From Spirochaetota bacterium (GTDB taxonomy: Bacteria; Spirochaetota; UBA4802; JAFGDQ01), in NCBI GenBank assembly GCA_043803405.1, contig JAZDKB010000019.1, positions 1 to 64,000 on the forward strand: 64,000 bases of DNA, in the 5' to 3' direction. This document shows, piece after piece, positions 60,799 to 64,000 of this stretch (position 1 is its first letter; every line of letters begins with the position of its first letter). The position numbers and the translations under genes were made by a program. Below the pieces are notes generated by a model, which did no database searches, was not told the DNA's origin, and saw only the letters and a program-made list of their open reading frames with translations.

Positions 60799-61508
60799 AC
60801 AAAATAATAGTCTCTATTGGATGTATCTCCGGCACAAAGGACTATGAGATCAATGAGCATCTCTACTCAACTAAATACCGCGTGACTTCCGAATATCAAA
60901 TGCTTACTTATGAATTCCCAATTCCTTATGATCATCCGGTAAATATTAAACATGTTTGTGAATTATGCAGAGACGAATTATCAATAGAGCTCGCGAATAA
61001 TACCCTCCTCATTAAGAGACAGTTATTATTTCCGGTTCTTTATCTCCTGGGATCGGGAGGAAGTCTGTATTTTTACAACAAGGCTGTTACGGGGACTGAT
61101 TTACATTGGACAATTGCAATCATTCTTACAATCGCAGGGACTCTTTTTTGCGGATATATGTCTTTTATACTGGGATCACTTGAATTTGAAAACAGGGTAG
61201 GTATAAAAAAAGGAAATAAAAAATATGATTACCATCCATTCTCTATTTGGAAGCATAAGATCATCAATCCCGATGAAAAAGCTCCTCTTCTGCGCAAATA
61301 TAAAATTACACGGCTTGCGATAGTGTGTATTTTTATTCTGTATCTGTATTTTTTTTATGGAATCGTTATTGAGAGAAAGGGACAGGAAGTCTATGATGCG
61401 TTAATCAGTCTTGGTATTGTATTCGGTATAGGAGCCTTATCGTATGGCCTTTTAAATGGGATTTATGAAATGATAAAAATAGTAAGGAAGAGACGGAATA
61501 AAGATTGA
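60795..61508 (+). CDS. Hypothetical membrane protein
   Basis: CELC motif; four TM segments. Confidence 0.55.
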   Translation: MNKIIVSIGCISGTKDYEINEHLYSTKYRVTSEYQMLTYEFPIPYDHPVNIKHVCELCRDELSIELANNTLLIKRQLLFPVLYLLGSGGSLYFYNKAVTGTDLHWTIAIILTIAGTLFCGYMSFILGSLEFENRVGIKKGNKKYDYHPFSIWKHKIINPDEKAPLLRKYKITRLAIVCIFILYLYFFYGIVIERKGQEVYDALISLGIVFGIGALSYGLLNGIYEMIKIVRKRRNKD

Positions 61509-61598
61509 ATTGTACAATAATGTTTCAAAAGCAAACGCTTGGGAAATATAAATTTTACCGAGGCAGAAGAGAAAGTAAAAAAATTTCTAACATTAAAT

Positions 61599-61810
61599 GT
61601 ATGCCGTGGAAAGTTGGACAACAAATGATGGAGTCCGGATGTTAAGGATGACCCTTCGGGATCGGCTTGCAGGAGCAGGTTCCAAACCGCCGGAAGCTGC
61701 TTTGTTAAAGAGAGAAGGTAGTTAATGTTTCGGTTAAAAGGCTTCGATTAAAGGAGTCAGGTGAGCTAGCAGGAGGCGAACGAAAGTGAACCGATCGGAG
61801 AGGTGTCGGG
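61599..61810 (+). mobile_element. Group II intron 5' fragment (part of domain I)
   Basis: Starts GTATGCCGTGGAAAG; contains GATGACCCTTCGGGA, GCAGGAGCAGGTTCCAAACCGC, GGAGTCAGGTGAGCTAGCAGGAGGCGAACGAAAGTGAACC; recognised from memory of bacterial group II intron 5' ends; no RT or domain V/VI seen. Confidence 0.65.
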
Positions 61811-62106
61811 AGTGGGAACATATTATTCCTGAAACTCTTTCCATAAATGAAAGATGCCCTGCCTGCGACAGAATTCAGGGAATCCATAACCAGATTTGGG
61901 CGTGCAGAACTTGCAACATTAGGAAAGGCACCAGGGGCTTATACGATTTTATCCGCGACTTGTATCCAAAAGCAAAGAAAATATCAGACGTGCTGCCTGC
62001 TCTACTTGAAAAGAAATATCTTAAGACTATTTATTACTGCCACCAGTGCAAGGGCACGCTTGACTGGGACGGTAAGTGGATTTCCGTGCCGGATTTGGAC
62101 TTGTGA
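61786..62106 (+). pseudogene. HNH endonuclease C-terminal remnant
   Basis: WEHIIP...CPAC...HNQIWACRTCNIRKG; the apparent start lies within intron-like sequence. Confidence 0.6.
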
Positions 62107-62109
62107 AAT
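62078..62109 (+). repeat. 32-bp direct repeat (left) flanking the GxxExxY unit
   Basis: GGATTTCCGTGCCGGATTTGGACTTGTGAAAT; 30/32 to 62822-62853. Confidence 0.85.
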
Positions 62110-62821
62110 GATGTCTGAACCTTGATTCGCAGGATTAAAGAATTAACTTGATTTTCTGTTTTACAGAAGTACGATATGTCTGAATACTGAACTTTAAAGA
62201 TAATCTTTGTCTGAAAAAAATTTTATTATCCTATAAAATATGTTCAGCTATAGATGAAACACTAAATGATCTATAAAGATTTAACGCAAAAAATTATCGG
62301 ATGCGCGATGCAGGTACATCGGATATAGGAAATGGATTTCAGGAAGTAATATACCAGCGGGCGCTGGCAATTGAAATGGAGTATGCAGGTTTAACATTTG
62401 AACGTGAAAAAGAAATGGATATATTTTACCGTGAAGAACGCATCGGGTCGCGCAGGGCGGATTTTTTTGTTGAAAATAAAATCATGGTTGAATTGAAGGC
62501 AATCGTAAAGCTTGAAGATGTACATCTTGCGCAGGCAATGAATTATCTTGAAGCATATAATATGGAAATAGGATTGCTTATAAATTTCGGGGCAAGGAGT
62601 TTAGAATTTAAAAGAGTGCATAACAGACGTCTGAACCATGATTCGCAGGATTAGTCTGGTTTACTGATGTCTGAACCTTGATTCATGGGATTATAGGATT
62701 AACCTGATTAGCTGTTTTGCAATAGTATGGTATATCTGAAAACTGAACTCCGGAAATAATCAATGTTTGCGAAAATCATGAAAATCCTTTAATCAGGTTA
62801 ATCATGGTTCAGACAGTGGTA
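62110..62821. mobile_element. Putative GxxExxY nuclease mini-element with hairpin repeats
   Basis: Terminal IR TGTCTGAACCTTGATT (62112-62127) / AATCATGGTTCAGACA (62800-62815); 96-bp imperfect repeat 62110-62205 vs 62666-62761. Confidence 0.6.
62266..62654 (+). pseudogene. GxxExxY protein, frameshifted near codon 20
   Basis: MIYKDLTQKIIGCAMQVHRI then TAG; the shifted frame continues GNGFQEVIYQRAL...RADFFVE...VELKA...GLLINFG. Confidence 0.8.
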
Positions 62822-62853
62822 GGATTTCTGTGCCGGATTTGGATTTGTGAAAT
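62822..62853 (+). repeat. 32-bp direct repeat (right)
   Basis: GGATTTCTGTGCCGGATTTGGATTTGTGAAAT. Confidence 0.85.
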
Positions 62854-63015
62854 TTGTGTATGGATTCCAAAGAGAAGAGTTTTATTATTAATGAAAAGCT
62901 TGAATAAATAGAAGTTATTACACTATGAAATTTTTAGCAAATGGACATCCTTATCCGGCAAAAACGCGACTTTCTAAACTTTACCGTACCTGGCACCAGG
63001 AAGTTCTGTCTTTAA

Positions 63016-63041
63016 AGGGGAGGCGCGAGGCCTGCCCCTAC
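63016..63041 (-). repeat. GTAG-type REP element
   Basis: Minus strand GTAGGGGCAGGCCTCGCGCCTCCCCT. Confidence 0.55.
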
Positions 63042-63297
63042 AGGGGTATCTTGCATTTCGAGAAAAGGAGAGGGGGAAAAGAAGGTCTGAACCGCGAAGT
63101 AAAAGGAGGATTCGCACAGGGATTTCATAGATTATGCTTTTCTTTAATTATATTAATTTGAGAGTTGGACAGATGGTATTTGTGGACAAAAAAGCCTTCA
63201 TATTTGCTAGAAGGATTTGTATAGAAGTAATACAAATACTAATATTTTTTTAATTAACTACAATGTCGGTGTTCAAAAAAAATAAAAGCTATATAAA

Positions 63298-64000
63298 ATG
63301 AACAGATCATTCTATTCAGACTCAATACTTAATTTCTTAAAGTCCAGTGACAATGAAATAATTGGCAAACTTAGCCGGAATCCATTTGGGGCTGAAGAAA
63401 CACAAGTAAATGCTTGGGCTGAGCAGATTAGAATTCTTAAGCAAATTTTATTAAAATATGACGGTGCTGTTTATTTTGAATTTTCTATTCCTCGCATGGG
63501 GCAAAGAATAGATACTGTAATATTAATAAAAGGAGTAATTTTTATTTTAGAATTTAAAGTCGGAGAAAAAGACTTTAAAGCAAGTAACATAGATCAAGTA
63601 TGGGATTATGCGCTTGATTTAAAAAATTTTCACGAAACTAGCCACAATTTCTTCATTGCACCAATTCTAATTGCAACTGAAGCAAAACACACAAATCCAT
63701 TCGTTGTAAAAACAACAAAAAATGACAAGCTGCTTGAACCAATAAAAGCAAATCCTCAGTTACTTACAAAAGTAATAGAACAAGTATTAGCCTTTGCAAA
63801 TGTAGAAAGAATTGAACCTGATAAGTGGGAAAAAGGTACTTATAGACCAACTCCAACAATAATTGAAGCAGCTATGGCATTGTACAATGGGCATAGTGTT
63901 GAAGAAATAGCCAAATGTGAATCGGACGATATTAACCTAGGTTATACTACAAAAGCAATTTCTGAAATCATTGAATCCGCAAGAATAAATAAAAATAAAG
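63298..64000 (+). CDS. DUF2075/Schlafen-like helicase-nuclease, N-terminal part (runs off window)
   Basis: MNRSFYSDSILNFL...QVNAWAEQI...FEFSIPRMGQRIDTVILI...LEFKVG...QVWDYALDLKNFHE...YRPTPTIIEAA; absent from the ORF track because it has no stop in the window. Confidence 0.75.
   Translation, partial: MNRSFYSDSILNFLKSSDNEIIGKLSRNPFGAEETQVNAWAEQIRILKQILLKYDGAVYFEFSIPRMGQRIDTVILIKGVIFILEFKVGEKDFKASNIDQVWDYALDLKNFHETSHNFFIAPILIATEAKHTNPFVVKTTKNDKLLEPIKANPQLLTKVIEQVLAFANVERIEPDKWEKGTYRPTPTIIEAAMALYNGHSVEEIAKCESDDINLGYTTKAISEIIESARINKNK

Noticed and set aside
62925..63161. 78-aa ORF
   Set aside because: Overlaps REP-like and repeat-derived sequence; no recognisable protein features.

Overview
AT-rich bacterial window, probably from a free-living spirochaete (Leptospirae-like; inferred from the gene set). 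1-31 kb is mostly housekeeping: Mre11/Rad50-like pair, sppA, rpmB, lolD/lolCE, surE, a divergent aroC, a queF-like gene, paaK, ribF, ogt, tRNA-Phe, hicBA and tRNA-Ala(CGC). 31081-55372 is a ~24.3 kb integrative element in tRNA-Ala, bounded by a perfect 49-bp att repeat. It carries a tyrosine integrase, an excisionase, a family-A DNA polymerase module with no recognisable primase or capsid genes, an ECF sigma/anti-sigma block of beta-propeller lipoproteins and CsgG/FlgO-like proteins, and a truncated ParB/nuclease/SNF2 operon. Right of attR is a second accessory zone. Its highlight is an LRV-repeat lipoprotein ending in a nine-Cys RiPP-like tail, followed by a radical SAM/SPASM enzyme, with the pair bracketed by 38-bp direct repeats. 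The zone also holds a group II intron 5' fragment joined to an HNH remnant, a GxxExxY nuclease gene between hairpin repeats and a 32-bp duplication, and a partial DUF2075-like helicase gene. All family calls come from motif recognition by eye; no searches were run.
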